This document shows, piece after piece, positions 50,721 to 60,456 of a DNA stretch of 64,000 nucleotides; positions within the stretch are counted from its first letter, which is position 1; each line of letters starts with the position of its first letter. This stretch comes from Thermoplasmatota archaeon (GTDB taxonomy: Archaea > Thermoplasmatota > E2 > DHVEG-1). The notes beneath the pieces are model-generated. The model was not told where the DNA came from. It searched no databases and was given only the letters and a program-made list of their open reading frames with translations. The stretch spans positions 558 to 64,557 of the forward strand of contig JAWOGM010000054.1 of NCBI GenBank assembly GCA_046496795.1. Reading direction: 5' to 3'. A program made the position numbers and the translations under genes.

Positions 50721-52115
50721 CTACATAGGTGTTTTCTTCTTATCAATTATTCTTTTTAATTTCTTCATAAAAGTAGTGGTAATTTCACCAAGGCTTGAAT
50801 GGTCATCAGCTTCAGCAGTTAATCGGATAATAGGACTGGTATTGGATTGTCGTATCAAAACCCATCCTTTTTCAAGTGTTACACGAATACCATCTAAAAC
50901 ATTTGTATTATTAAACTCGCCAATTAATTCTTTTGTTAATTCATCAATAACTATACTTTTTATATCATCAGGGCAATTGATTTCTTCACGATTTGTGAGA
51001 TACATGGGAAGCTCATCAACAAGAGCACTAAGAGCAGCATCTGTTTTATCTAATACCTCGGCCATTTTAAGAGGGACAACAAGAGCATCATCAAATAAAA
51101 AATACTCCGGTAAAATAATATGTCCTGAGGATTCAATGCCAAGTCGTGCTTTTTGTTTTTTACCTTCAAGTGTTAAAAAAGTATGACCAACTCGAATCTG
51201 ATTAACCTGAAAGCCTAGGGGCTCAAGTTGCTCTTTTACTGCTTTTGAAACTTCAACATTAACAAGTACTACTCCTTTTTTATCAGAAATCCCAAATTTA
51301 CCAAGAATAATACCTGTTTGATCTGCTGATAAAACACGTCCCTTATTATCCACAATAACTGCTCTATCTCCATCACCATCAAATGCAACGCCAAAATCAC
51401 ATTTCTGCTCCCTTACTGTTTTCACCAATTCCCCCAGATTTTTTTCTTTTGGCTCAGACGGTCGCTTAGAAAACAATGGATCAGGTTCACAGAAAACAGG
51501 GACACAATCCAAACCTAGTGATGTAAAAACATCAGGTGCAGAAAGTGTCATACTTGCTCCACCACAATCAAGTGCAACTTTAATTTGAGAAGTATAAGAA
51601 AATTTAGATAAGAAAAAATCTCTATACACTTTTGAGATATCAATTTTTTTAACTTTCCCAACTGTTTGCCAATCAGCAATTTCAAAATCATCATCCAAAG
51701 TGAAATCTCTAATTTGTTCAAGATCATCTACAGAAAAACCAACACCATCACCATAATAAAATTTTATACCATTCCATTCAGCAGGCAGATGACTAGCAGT
51801 AATAAACGCAATTACCTCATGTTTATTTTGCCATCCAGCAAATAATGTTTGTCCAAAAGAAGTAATTCCTGTATACTGCACATCTATTCCAGTTGAAGAA
51901 ACACCAGAAATAAAAGAATAAAACAGTGAGGGGCTGGATTGTCTAATATCAGCGCCAACTGTTAGGTTTTTACCGCGTAATATTCTTTTAGCAAACGTAC
52001 CTGCAGCCTGTCCAATTTTAAAAAATAATTCAGGAGAAATATCCTTCTGATAAATTCCTCTAATATCATACGCTCTAAAAATATGTAATGAGATATCTTT
52101 TTGCATATACTGCAA
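50721..52115 (-). CDS. Phosphomannomutase/phosphoglucomutase
   Basis: FRAYDIRG, TASHLP, FDGDGDR, ESSGH, RQSNT. Confidence 0.92.
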   Translation of the reverse strand: MQYMQKDISLHIFRAYDIRGIYQKDISPELFFKIGQAAGTFAKRILRGKNLTVGADIRQSSPSLFYSFISGVSSTGIDVQYTGITSFGQTLFAGWQNKHEVIAFITASHLPAEWNGIKFYYGDGVGFSVDDLEQIRDFTLDDDFEIADWQTVGKVKKIDISKVYRDFFLSKFSYTSQIKVALDCGGASMTLSAPDVFTSLGLDCVPVFCEPDPLFSKRPSEPKEKNLGELVKTVREQKCDFGVAFDGDGDRAVIVDNKGRVLSADQTGIILGKFGISDKKGVVLVNVEVSKAVKEQLEPLGFQVNQIRVGHTFLTLEGKKQKARLGIESSGHIILPEYFLFDDALVVPLKMAEVLDKTDAALSALVDELPMYLTNREEINCPDDIKSIVIDELTKELIGEFNNTNVLDGIRVTLEKGWVLIRQSNTSPIIRLTAEADDHSSLGEITTTFMKKLKRIIDKKKTPM

Positions 52116-52162
52116 TCACTACTGCGTTATAAAAAATTGATTGAAAAAATAGTAATAGAAAA

Positions 52163-53191
52163 TCATTCTCCAATTACATTACCTATTTGTTTATTTGGGT
52201 ATCCATGAGGGATAGGTTGATTCCAAATAATGTTTTTTTCCAAACTGCTTTTTTGTTTTACCTTTTCATGATCACCAATAACACAATAAGTAAGATGACA
52301 ATCGTCATCAATGAAGCTATTTTCTCCAACTATGCAATGATCCAATACAACATTATCACCAATAGAGGCATTGTTAAAAATAACAGATGAATAAATGGAT
52401 GATTCTTTTCCTAAACGAACATTATCTCCAACAGAGGATTTAACTATTTCTCCATGAAGTGAGCAATGTTTGCCAATGTAATTTGTTAGTTTATTTTTTT
52501 TTAGTAAAAGTTGGTGTACATTAAGATAACTATTTATTCTTCCAACATCAATCCAATATCCCTCAAATTTGAATCCATAAAACCGTTTTGTATCTCTAAT
52601 TATTTGCGGGAAAATTTCTTTTTCCATTGAAATAAGACGCCCTCTTTCAATATAATCCAATATTTTATATTCCAAAAGATAAGCCCCGGCATTAATGAGA
52701 TTAGAAGGAGCATCTTCTGGTTTTGGTTTTTCAACAAAACCAGTCACATTTCCATCTGATTGAACATCAACAACACCAAATTCAGAAACATTATCGACAG
52801 GCCATAAAGAAATAGTTGAAACAGCATTATTTTTTTTATGAAAATCAATCATCTCGCTAAGATTAAGTGAACAAATGATATCTGCATTAATCACAAAAAA
52901 AGAATCAGTGATATGTTTTTCAGCAAATTTTACCGCCCCTGCAGTTCCAAGTGGTTTGGGTTCATCATTTACAATGATTTCTTTATTAAAAGAGGCTGTA
53001 TTAAAAAACTCTTCAATCTGATCTTTTCTATAGTTAACAGCTACAATAATCTTGTCTACTTGTTTTGGGAGCGATTCGACAAGATAGGAGATCATAGGTT
53101 TGTTAAGAATGGGTAATAATGCCTTAGCTCTTGTATAGGTTAAAGGACGAAGTCTTGTTCCAAAACCTCCTGCTAATATAATTGCCTCCAT
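52163..53191 (-). CDS. NDP-sugar pyrophosphorylase (mannose-1-phosphate guanylyltransferase-like)
   Basis: LAGGFGTRLRPLT, LGTAGA, FVEKP, WIDVG, C-terminal LbH repeats. Confidence 0.9.
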   Translation of the reverse strand: MEAIILAGGFGTRLRPLTYTRAKALLPILNKPMISYLVESLPKQVDKIIVAVNYRKDQIEEFFNTASFNKEIIVNDEPKPLGTAGAVKFAEKHITDSFFVINADIICSLNLSEMIDFHKKNNAVSTISLWPVDNVSEFGVVDVQSDGNVTGFVEKPKPEDAPSNLINAGAYLLEYKILDYIERGRLISMEKEIFPQIIRDTKRFYGFKFEGYWIDVGRINSYLNVHQLLLKKNKLTNYIGKHCSLHGEIVKSSVGDNVRLGKESSIYSSVIFNNASIGDNVVLDHCIVGENSFIDDDCHLTYCVIGDHEKVKQKSSLEKNIIWNQPIPHGYPNKQIGNVIGE

Positions 53192-53425
53192 GATATCAAC
53201 TCATTATTTTTTACAGTTTATCTTGAATTACATAGACCCATATTAAATTTCACATTTTTCAAACCAAAAATACAAATAAATTTTAAAAACAAAAAAACCA
53301 GGTATAGCCTAATACATTTTTTAGGAAATCAAATTTTTGTAAAATGAAACAAAAACTATAAAACTACCAACTGAAACATTTAAAAACTGTTAGAAATTCT
53401 GAGGTTGCAAAATAAACAAAAAAAA

Positions 53426-53499
53426 GGGCTCGTGGTCTAGTTGGTTATGACGTCGCCTTGACATGGCGGAGGTCGAGTGTTCGAATCTCTCCGAGCCCA
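53426..53499 (+). tRNA. tRNA-Val(GAC)
   Basis: GGGCTCG/CGAGCCC acceptor stem, TCGCC-TTGACAT-GGCGG anticodon arm; T stem has one T-T mismatch. Confidence 0.92.
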
Positions 53500-53555
53500 T
53501 TACAACAATTCTTATATGAAATTAACAATTATTTAAAAAAATAGAGAATAGTTTT

Positions 53556-54050
53556 TTAATCAAGGAATGTCACTTTATTTTTCCCTAAAATTTTATAAAT
53601 AAAATCCTCTGCACTTGCTTCAATTAATTTCTGAAAAAAACCTTTGGAAGGCGGATGCATAATCAAATGAACAACATTCATAGAATTAAATTCATTTAAA
53701 ATCTGCTGAGAAATATTCTCCCCTACTCGTACATGAACATCATAAGGAATACCTAATTTATTTATAGTCTTTATAAGTAATACACCCACTTCATCAACAT
53801 CTTCTTTTTTAAATTGCTTAATATATTGTTGAAACTTCTGCAGATCACCAAACCCAATATTGGCATCCAAGAGTTCACAGACACGTACTGTTTTAATTAA
53901 TTTTAGAATAATAACACTATCAGGCTTAATATCGTTAATAATGGAAACAATTTGTTGAAGAGATTCATTGGTATATCTTTTTTTATAGCAGGCGATTAAA
54001 AGCACACGTTTTTCTTTAATTTCATCAATTTCTCTATTTATTTGATTCAT
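53556..54050 (-). CDS. Universal-stress-protein-like domain protein
   Basis: Degenerate USP pattern (VHVRVGENISQQIL...VVHLIM); lies downstream of the DASS transporter. Confidence 0.5.
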   Translation of the reverse strand: MNQINREIDEIKEKRVLLIACYKKRYTNESLQQIVSIINDIKPDSVIILKLIKTVRVCELLDANIGFGDLQKFQQYIKQFKKEDVDEVGVLLIKTINKLGIPYDVHVRVGENISQQILNEFNSMNVVHLIMHPPSKGFFQKLIEASAEDFIYKILGKNKVTFLD

Positions 54051-54063
54051 ACTATTTCCCCTT

Positions 54064-55473
54064 TTACCAATATCCTAAAAACCTCCACCATACAAGACCA
54101 ACAGTTAAAAATACAATAATTCCTAAGACATTTAATATAAATCCGGGTTTGATAAAATCTTTTACTTCTAAATTTCCTGTTGCATACACCAGCATAGCAC
54201 TTGGAGTACCGATAGGAAGTAGAAATGCAAAACCACTCGCCATTGCAACGGTATATGTCGGAACTATTGGAGAAAAACCTAATTCACCCATAGATGATAA
54301 CGCTATAGGCAGAATAATTGCTGTCACCGCTGCATTACTCATGACATTTGAAAGAAAGACAGCAATTATTGCAAAAATGGCAAGAACAACAAGAGGATTA
54401 TCTCCCACCGAAGAAAGTAAAAATTTGGTAATAACATCTAACGTCCCTGCATGGGGGAGCACAAAAGATAACGTGATTGCACCAACATATAAAAATAAAG
54501 TGCCCCAAGGCATCTTTGATTCAACATCACTCCACTCTATCGTTTTTGTAGATGCTATAGCTACAGCTAATGCTACAGCAATAACACCCATACCAATTAT
54601 CTGCCCAAGTGTTGCCCAAGCAACAAAACCTGCTAAAAGAAAAAACAACGCTTTTTTTTCACCAATACTAAAATTTCCCATCGCCTCTATTTCATTAGAG
54701 ATTTTTTTACGAATATGGCCCATATCAATATTTTCTAGGTGAAACACTTTAGCCAATACCAAATAAGTAAAAACAATCATAACCAGCGCTACAGGCATGG
54801 TAGAAATGATCCAGCGAACAAAAGAAACAGTATCACCAGTATAATAGCCATAAATCTCAACAGCTAAAATATTTCTTGCACCCCCCAGAAACGTAGTAAT
54901 ACTACCAACAGATGTACCATAAGAAAGAGCAAGAAGATTTGCTTTACCGAAATTCGACCTCAGAATATTTTTTTGTTTAGATGCAGCAAAAATAATAAAA
55001 AGAACAGGGATAAACAATGCAGTTATACCATGTTCAGGCATAAGCATTGAAAGAAAAAAACCTATCAAGGTTACACCTAGTAAAAAACGACGTGGGCTAC
55101 TACCAAAATGATTCAGAAAATAAAGAGCGATACGTTTGTGTAAATCATGTTTCTCAACAGTGATTGCAAGAATAAGAGCACCCATTAAAAAAAACAATGT
55201 ACCCGATGAAAAACCCCTAAACGCTTCACTTTGAGGAAGGATTCCTAGCACAACAGAGCCCGTAATTATTAAAAAAGTGGAGAAAGTAAAAGAAATGGGA
55301 GCAAATATCCACATATAAATAGCTAAAAAAAGGATTGCAGCACCATAATAAAGCGGAGGCTCTTCAGCATAAAGATATGACAGAACAACCATCAATAAAA
55401 AAAGCAATAAACCAAAAACTAACTGAAATGATTTATTTCGAAATATCATATCAAGGTTAACATGATCTCTCAT
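54064..55473 (-). CDS. SLC13/DASS anion permease
   Basis: LHKRIA, TFLGGARN, LSNVMSNAA, FLLPIGTPS, about 12 TM helices. Confidence 0.87.
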   Translation of the reverse strand: MRDHVNLDMIFRNKSFQLVFGLLLFLLMVVLSYLYAEEPPLYYGAAILFLAIYMWIFAPISFTFSTFLIITGSVVLGILPQSEAFRGFSSGTLFFLMGALILAITVEKHDLHKRIALYFLNHFGSSPRRFLLGVTLIGFFLSMLMPEHGITALFIPVLFIIFAASKQKNILRSNFGKANLLALSYGTSVGSITTFLGGARNILAVEIYGYYTGDTVSFVRWIISTMPVALVMIVFTYLVLAKVFHLENIDMGHIRKKISNEIEAMGNFSIGEKKALFFLLAGFVAWATLGQIIGMGVIAVALAVAIASTKTIEWSDVESKMPWGTLFLYVGAITLSFVLPHAGTLDVITKFLLSSVGDNPLVVLAIFAIIAVFLSNVMSNAAVTAIILPIALSSMGELGFSPIVPTYTVAMASGFAFLLPIGTPSAMLVYATGNLEVKDFIKPGFILNVLGIIVFLTVGLVWWRFLGYW

Positions 55474-55729
55474 TTTCAAACTGAATGAATAAAAGAATAT
55501 AAAAGACTTTATTAATAAAACCACCGTGTTAACAACAAGATACTCAATTATTATAAAACATTTTCCTCTAAGTAAATATCATAAAACCAAAAGAAATATT
55601 GACGGAATCATCTATATCTCTTATCAATATGTCAATATGATTAATAAAAAGATCAGACTTTTAACTGATCATACAAAACAATTCATAAACCCTGATAACT
55701 ATTACAAATTATATATGTAAAGGATTACT

Positions 55730-56473
55730 ATGAAACAAGCACCTGCTTTTTCCATAATCATTCCCGTTCTGCATGAGAGAGAGAATATCAATACATTAAT
55801 TAACAATCTTCTCCAGGCCCCTACAAAAGAACCCATAGAGATTATAGTTGTCGATGCATCTCCCACAAAAGATACAATTAACCAGATAGCGAATTCCTCT
55901 GTTATAAAACTCACCGCGCAAAAAGGACGTGCACAACAAATGAACAAAGGAGCAAAACATGCCTCAGGTGAAATTCTTGTTTTCCTGCACGCAGACACAG
56001 AACCACCAAAAAACTGTTTAACAGAAATAAAAAAAATTATGGAAAATAAACAATTTATCGGCGGAGCATTCAGTCTTAAGATACAAACAAAACATAAAAT
56101 AATACAAATAGTAGCTGTAATTTCGACCTTACGATCTCAAATCACCCGGGCACCATATGGAGACCAAGTAATATTTATAAAAAAATCATTTTTCGAGAAA
56201 ATAGGAGGATATAGAAATATTCCAATAATGGAAGATGTAGATATTATGCGCCGTATAAAAAAACAAAAAGGGAAAATAAGAATTCTTCCACATCATGTCA
56301 TCACATCAGACAGACGATGGAAAGAAGAAGGACTACTCTATACCAACATAAGAAACACAATAATCATCTTCCTTTATTGGTGTGGAATGCCTGCAGAAAA
56401 ACTAGCTAAATTTTATCCCACACATACAACAAAAAGTAAAAAAGAACCCAAAAAAAGTAAGAGTCCACAATAG
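55730..56473 (+). CDS. GT2 glycosyltransferase, TIGR04283 (arsenosugar-associated) family
   Basis: SIIIPVLHE, GRAQQMNKGA, FLHADT, PYGDQ, IMEDV, TSDRRW. Confidence 0.88.
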   Translation: MKQAPAFSIIIPVLHERENINTLINNLLQAPTKEPIEIIVVDASPTKDTINQIANSSVIKLTAQKGRAQQMNKGAKHASGEILVFLHADTEPPKNCLTEIKKIMENKQFIGGAFSLKIQTKHKIIQIVAVISTLRSQITRAPYGDQVIFIKKSFFEKIGGYRNIPIMEDVDIMRRIKKQKGKIRILPHHVITSDRRWKEEGLLYTNIRNTIIIFLYWCGMPAEKLAKFYPTHTTKSKKEPKKSKSPQ

Positions 56474-56520
56474 ATAAAAAGCACAATAGGATTCATCAAA
56501 TATAAAAAAAAGGTGATTCT

Positions 56521-57480
56521 ATACAAACACAGAAAAACGAATTTGAACAACATATCATATCTGCTGTGCAAAAAAAATTACATTGCCAAACTCTTTCAAC
56601 CATTCAAATAAACCTTGGGTTCATCTGCAATCAAACATGTAAACACTGCCATGTTAGCGCATCGGCAGAAAGAACCGAACAAATGAGTTTAAAAACCATG
56701 GAAACAGTACTCTTTGTACTCTCAAAACTCCCCCATATTTTTGTAGACATCACAGGAGGTGCGCCAGAACTTCATCCGTATCTTGTAAAATTTCTAAAAA
56801 CATTAGAAAAACAAGGCCACCAGTTACAACTGAGAACAAATCTTACGATTCTAGATGAACCAAAATATCTCAACTACCCACAACTCTACAAAGCATTAAA
56901 AATCCAACTTGTCGCATCACTTCCCTGTTATCTAGAAGAAAACGTTTGCGCTCAACGCGGTGACGGCGTTTTTGAAAAAAGTATAAATGCATTACAAAAA
57001 CTCAATAACATAGGATATGGAACTACCAAAGACCTACCTCTCACCCTCGTTTTCAACCCTCAAGGTCCTATCCTTCCACCACCTCAAAAAGCACTGGAAG
57101 AAGAGTATCGAAAACATCTTGCTGAACAATACAACATTCATTTCACAAAACTTATTGCATTAACCAATATGCCCTTAGGGCGATTTCTTGAATCAATCAA
57201 AGAAAATAAACACCATTATATGAATCTTTTAAAAAAATCGTTTAATCCTCATACAATTCCCTCACTTATGTGTCGTCATCAAATCAATATCGGCTGGGAT
57301 GGAACACTATATGATTGTGATTTCAATCTAGCCGCAGGAATACCTGTCTCATCAACGGTACCACAACATATAGAAAAATTCAACAAAAAACAGTTAGAGA
57401 AACGAACTATAATGACTGGGGCACATTGTTTTGGTTGTACGGCAGGAGCAGGATCATCCTGCAGTGGATCATTAATATAA
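56521..57480 (+). CDS. arsS: Arsenosugar biosynthesis radical SAM protein (TIGR04167 family); probable ATA start
   Basis: CNQTCKHCH, DITGGAPE, ASLPCY, YDCDFN, HCFGCTAGAGSSC. AGGTGA lies 4 nt before ATA 56521. Confidence 0.88.
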   Translation: MQTQKNEFEQHIISAVQKKLHCQTLSTIQINLGFICNQTCKHCHVSASAERTEQMSLKTMETVLFVLSKLPHIFVDITGGAPELHPYLVKFLKTLEKQGHQLQLRTNLTILDEPKYLNYPQLYKALKIQLVASLPCYLEENVCAQRGDGVFEKSINALQKLNNIGYGTTKDLPLTLVFNPQGPILPPPQKALEEEYRKHLAEQYNIHFTKLIALTNMPLGRFLESIKENKHHYMNLLKKSFNPHTIPSLMCRHQINIGWDGTLYDCDFNLAAGIPVSSTVPQHIEKFNKKQLEKRTIMTGAHCFGCTAGAGSSCSGSLI

Positions 57481-57505
57481 AAGATAAAAAAAATTGAAAT
57501 ATAGC

Positions 57506-58201
57506 ATGAACCAAACAATTAAAAAAACAATACCATCGATAAATTGGTGGAAACCAGTTATTTTAATCATATGTATTGTTACCTTATTTATTGTCTTTAA
57601 TCTATCGGGATCTACCGAAAACCTGATAAATGTACAAGCATGGATAAAAAATCTAGGCGCATGGGGTCCTGTGGCATTCTTTTTCATTTATATAGGAGCC
57701 ATTATTGCAACAATACCAGGGACAATTTTTGGAATACTTGCTGGTGCATTATTTGGATCGATTGCAGGAGTGATTATAATTAGCATTTCATCAACCATTG
57801 GAGCAAGTATCACTTTTCTTATTGCAAGATATTTTGCAAGAGAACCAATTTCTCAATGGCTCTCAAAAAATCCAAAAATGAAACGATTTGACCAGCTCAC
57901 CCAAACCCATGGTATGATTATGGTCGCTTTTACAAGATTAATTCCCCTATTCCCGTTTACTTTGCTCAACTACGGGTTTGGGTTAACAAAAGTACCGTTT
58001 AAAACCTATGTTTTTTGGTCCTGGCTTTGTATGCTACCTGCTACAATACTCATCGTTGTCGGTTCTGATGCTATTATGCAAGCAATTATCTCCAGACAAA
58101 TCTCAGTTGAACTGTTTGTGGTATTAATTACTTCATTTATTATTCTCATTCTTACCGGATGGTACGCGAAAAGAGAATACAACAAAAAAACAGGGAAATA
58201 A
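57506..58201 (+). CDS. TVP38/TMEM64 (DedA/VTT) membrane protein
   Basis: AGALFG, FLIARY, RLIPLFPFTLLNYGFGLT. Confidence 0.9.
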   Translation: MNQTIKKTIPSINWWKPVILIICIVTLFIVFNLSGSTENLINVQAWIKNLGAWGPVAFFFIYIGAIIATIPGTIFGILAGALFGSIAGVIIISISSTIGASITFLIARYFAREPISQWLSKNPKMKRFDQLTQTHGMIMVAFTRLIPLFPFTLLNYGFGLTKVPFKTYVFWSWLCMLPATILIVVGSDAIMQAIISRQISVELFVVLITSFIILILTGWYAKREYNKKTGK

Positions 58202-58204
58202 ACA

Positions 58205-59353
58205 ATGAATAAAATAACAACCCAAAACCAAAAACCTACAGATACAGAAACACTTCATGCAAACCTTATCCCCAAGTATATTGACACATGTATCTGTTGT
58301 AATAAATGTATGGATGCTTGTCCTGTTACAAAACCATCATTTACAATCCAAGAACTAAACAATGCATCAAAAAAAATAACACCAGTTCCATCAACTATTA
58401 GAAAGTTTGCATTTAACTGTGTACAATGTGGAAAATGCGTTCCAGTTTGCCCTATGCAAATCCGCAGAGATTATATGATCCGTTACATAAAACACAAACT
58501 ACGCCACATAAAACCAAAAACATACAAACGATACCTTTTAGTAAAAGGAGTAAAAAAAACAGGGATTAAACGAATCGTACAAAATCTATTTATTTATTTT
58601 CGAAAAATTACAACGAAAGATCTTTCTGCATATATGGAGAATACGCCTTTAATACAAAACAAGCTTCTTTTTTACCCAGGTTGTTATATCTATTCAACAA
58701 CAACCATTCGCCAAACTCTACGGCTACTAAAACATGTCAGCTCTTCAATAAGCATTATTGGAGGTGTCACCAACTGCTGTGGAGGACCTCATCTCATTCA
58801 AGGCGAATATGATCAAGCAGATAGTTGTAAAAAAATATTGTATGAAAAAATAAAAACCGTCAAACCAGATATAATACTGACAGCTTGTGCAGAATGCCAT
58901 GAAGTTTTAGAAACAATAAAAAAGCAATATAATGAAAACTATAACGTCTTACATGTCATAGAATACCTATTACAACATATTGAAAAGTTTCCGGACAAAA
59001 AAATTAGAGGAGACATGATGATACATCCTTCTTGTCGATACAAAAAAGATTCTCCTCAAATGACTGCAGCAAACCTCACAGTCAAACGATTTGCAAATCT
59101 TAGAGAGACAAAAGAAAATTTAGAATCATGCTGTTTTCAATGGAACCACCAATTTGATCAACATAACACAAACCGGCAGCAAACATATCTTTCCTCAGTT
59201 AAAAAAAACGCCTCAACACTAGCCTGTGTCTGCCTCACTTGCTACGAAGAACTTAGTAAACAAAAAACAGACGTAGAAATAATGGATATTATACAACTAT
59301 TTGATGAAGCGCTCAATAATACAAACAAAGAGAGGAAAACATGTGAACAATGA
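58205..59353 (+). CDS. Fe-S oxidoreductase with 2x4Fe-4S and CCG domains (GlpC/HdrD-like)
   Basis: CICCNKCMDACP, CVQCGKCVPVCP, YPGC, CCGG, TACAEC, CLTC. Confidence 0.82.
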   Translation: MNKITTQNQKPTDTETLHANLIPKYIDTCICCNKCMDACPVTKPSFTIQELNNASKKITPVPSTIRKFAFNCVQCGKCVPVCPMQIRRDYMIRYIKHKLRHIKPKTYKRYLLVKGVKKTGIKRIVQNLFIYFRKITTKDLSAYMENTPLIQNKLLFYPGCYIYSTTTIRQTLRLLKHVSSSISIIGGVTNCCGGPHLIQGEYDQADSCKKILYEKIKTVKPDIILTACAECHEVLETIKKQYNENYNVLHVIEYLLQHIEKFPDKKIRGDMMIHPSCRYKKDSPQMTAANLTVKRFANLRETKENLESCCFQWNHQFDQHNTNRQQTYLSSVKKNASTLACVCLTCYEELSKQKTDVEIMDIIQLFDEALNNTNKERKTCEQ

Positions 59354-60053
59354 AAAAACTAGCTGTATACTTCTCTTCATAAAATACCCGAAAAAAGGAC
59401 ACGTGAAAAATAGACTTGCTAAAGATATTACACAAGAAAACGCTGTCAATCTTTATAAAAAATTTGTAATTGACATCATATCAACAGTTCAACAAATCAA
59501 AACAACGCTAATTTTATGCCATCATCCATCAACTATGTTACCACAATTCCAAAAATGGCTGGGACAACACCAAAACTATATACCCCAAAAAGGAAATAAT
59601 CTTGGAGAACGAATGACGTATTGCTTTAAATATGTATTTAACAAAGGATTTCAACGTGCAATCCTTATAGGTAGTGATAGTCCTGATATCCCTAAGAAAA
59701 TTCTCACCAACGCATTAAACCAATTACAAAAAAATGACATTGTAATAGGTCCCGCAACAGATGGAGGATATTATCTCATCGGATTTAACCAAACAACATT
59801 TCTTCCTCAAATCTTCGAAAGCATAACATGGAGTAATTCAACAGTATATAAACAAACAAAAGAAAAAATTGAAAAAACAAACTATCAACTTAACATACTA
59901 CCGTTTTGGAGTGATGTCGACACCATAGATGATTTAAAAGAATTTGTACAACGTAACAAAAAAACAGATTTTAAATCCTCTCATAGTATAACATACCTTC
60001 AGAAAAACAGAAAAATCCTTGAGGGAGATAATGCCACAACAACAAAAAGATAA
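59343..60053 (+). CDS. TIGR04282/DUF2064 arsenosugar-associated transferase
   Basis: KYPKKGHVKNRL, QKGNNLGERM, IGSDSP, GPATDGGYYLIG, DVDT; GTG 59343 follows GAGG. Confidence 0.88.
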   Translation: MNNEKTSCILLFIKYPKKGHVKNRLAKDITQENAVNLYKKFVIDIISTVQQIKTTLILCHHPSTMLPQFQKWLGQHQNYIPQKGNNLGERMTYCFKYVFNKGFQRAILIGSDSPDIPKKILTNALNQLQKNDIVIGPATDGGYYLIGFNQTTFLPQIFESITWSNSTVYKQTKEKIEKTNYQLNILPFWSDVDTIDDLKEFVQRNKKTDFKSSHSITYLQKNRKILEGDNATTTKR

Positions 60054-60456
60054 ACGAGAACATTTGTTTAATAATAAAAAAAATCTTTTAGTCTACTCAT
60101 TATTTATAGCGCTAGGTAGTGTCTCTTTATTTATTTCATTAAATATGCTTTATATTGTCTTCCAGGCATATCTCTGGAACTATTCTATAAAATATATTCT
60201 TAACTCTCTAACAACATCATTTGTGCTCTTATTAGCATGCATTTTCTTTATTATAAGTTGCTTTCAAATAATAAAAAACAAAACAAACCCATACAATATT
60301 GGAACCATTGGATGTATTCTTCTAATAGTATACCCCCTATATATACTATTTATTGACACATACACACTTTCTTTTTCATATTATGTCGTTTTAATGATAG
60401 GTCCTGCTCTCATTGCTTTATTTGTAACACTAACTATAGAAAGTGGGAAAAAATAA
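60031..60456 (+). CDS. 4-TM hypothetical membrane protein
   Basis: Hydrophobic ORF overlapping the end of the preceding gene. Confidence 0.65.
   Translation: MPQQQKDKREHLFNNKKNLLVYSLFIALGSVSLFISLNMLYIVFQAYLWNYSIKYILNSLTTSFVLLLACIFFIISCFQIIKNKTNPYNIGTIGCILLIVYPLYILFIDTYTLSFSYYVVLMIGPALIALFVTLTIESGKK

Noticed and set aside
54149..54742. Long antisense ORFs (also 50659..51186, 14348..14698, 35940..36290 and similar)
   Set aside because: They are shadows of well-supported genes on the opposite strand and carry no motifs.
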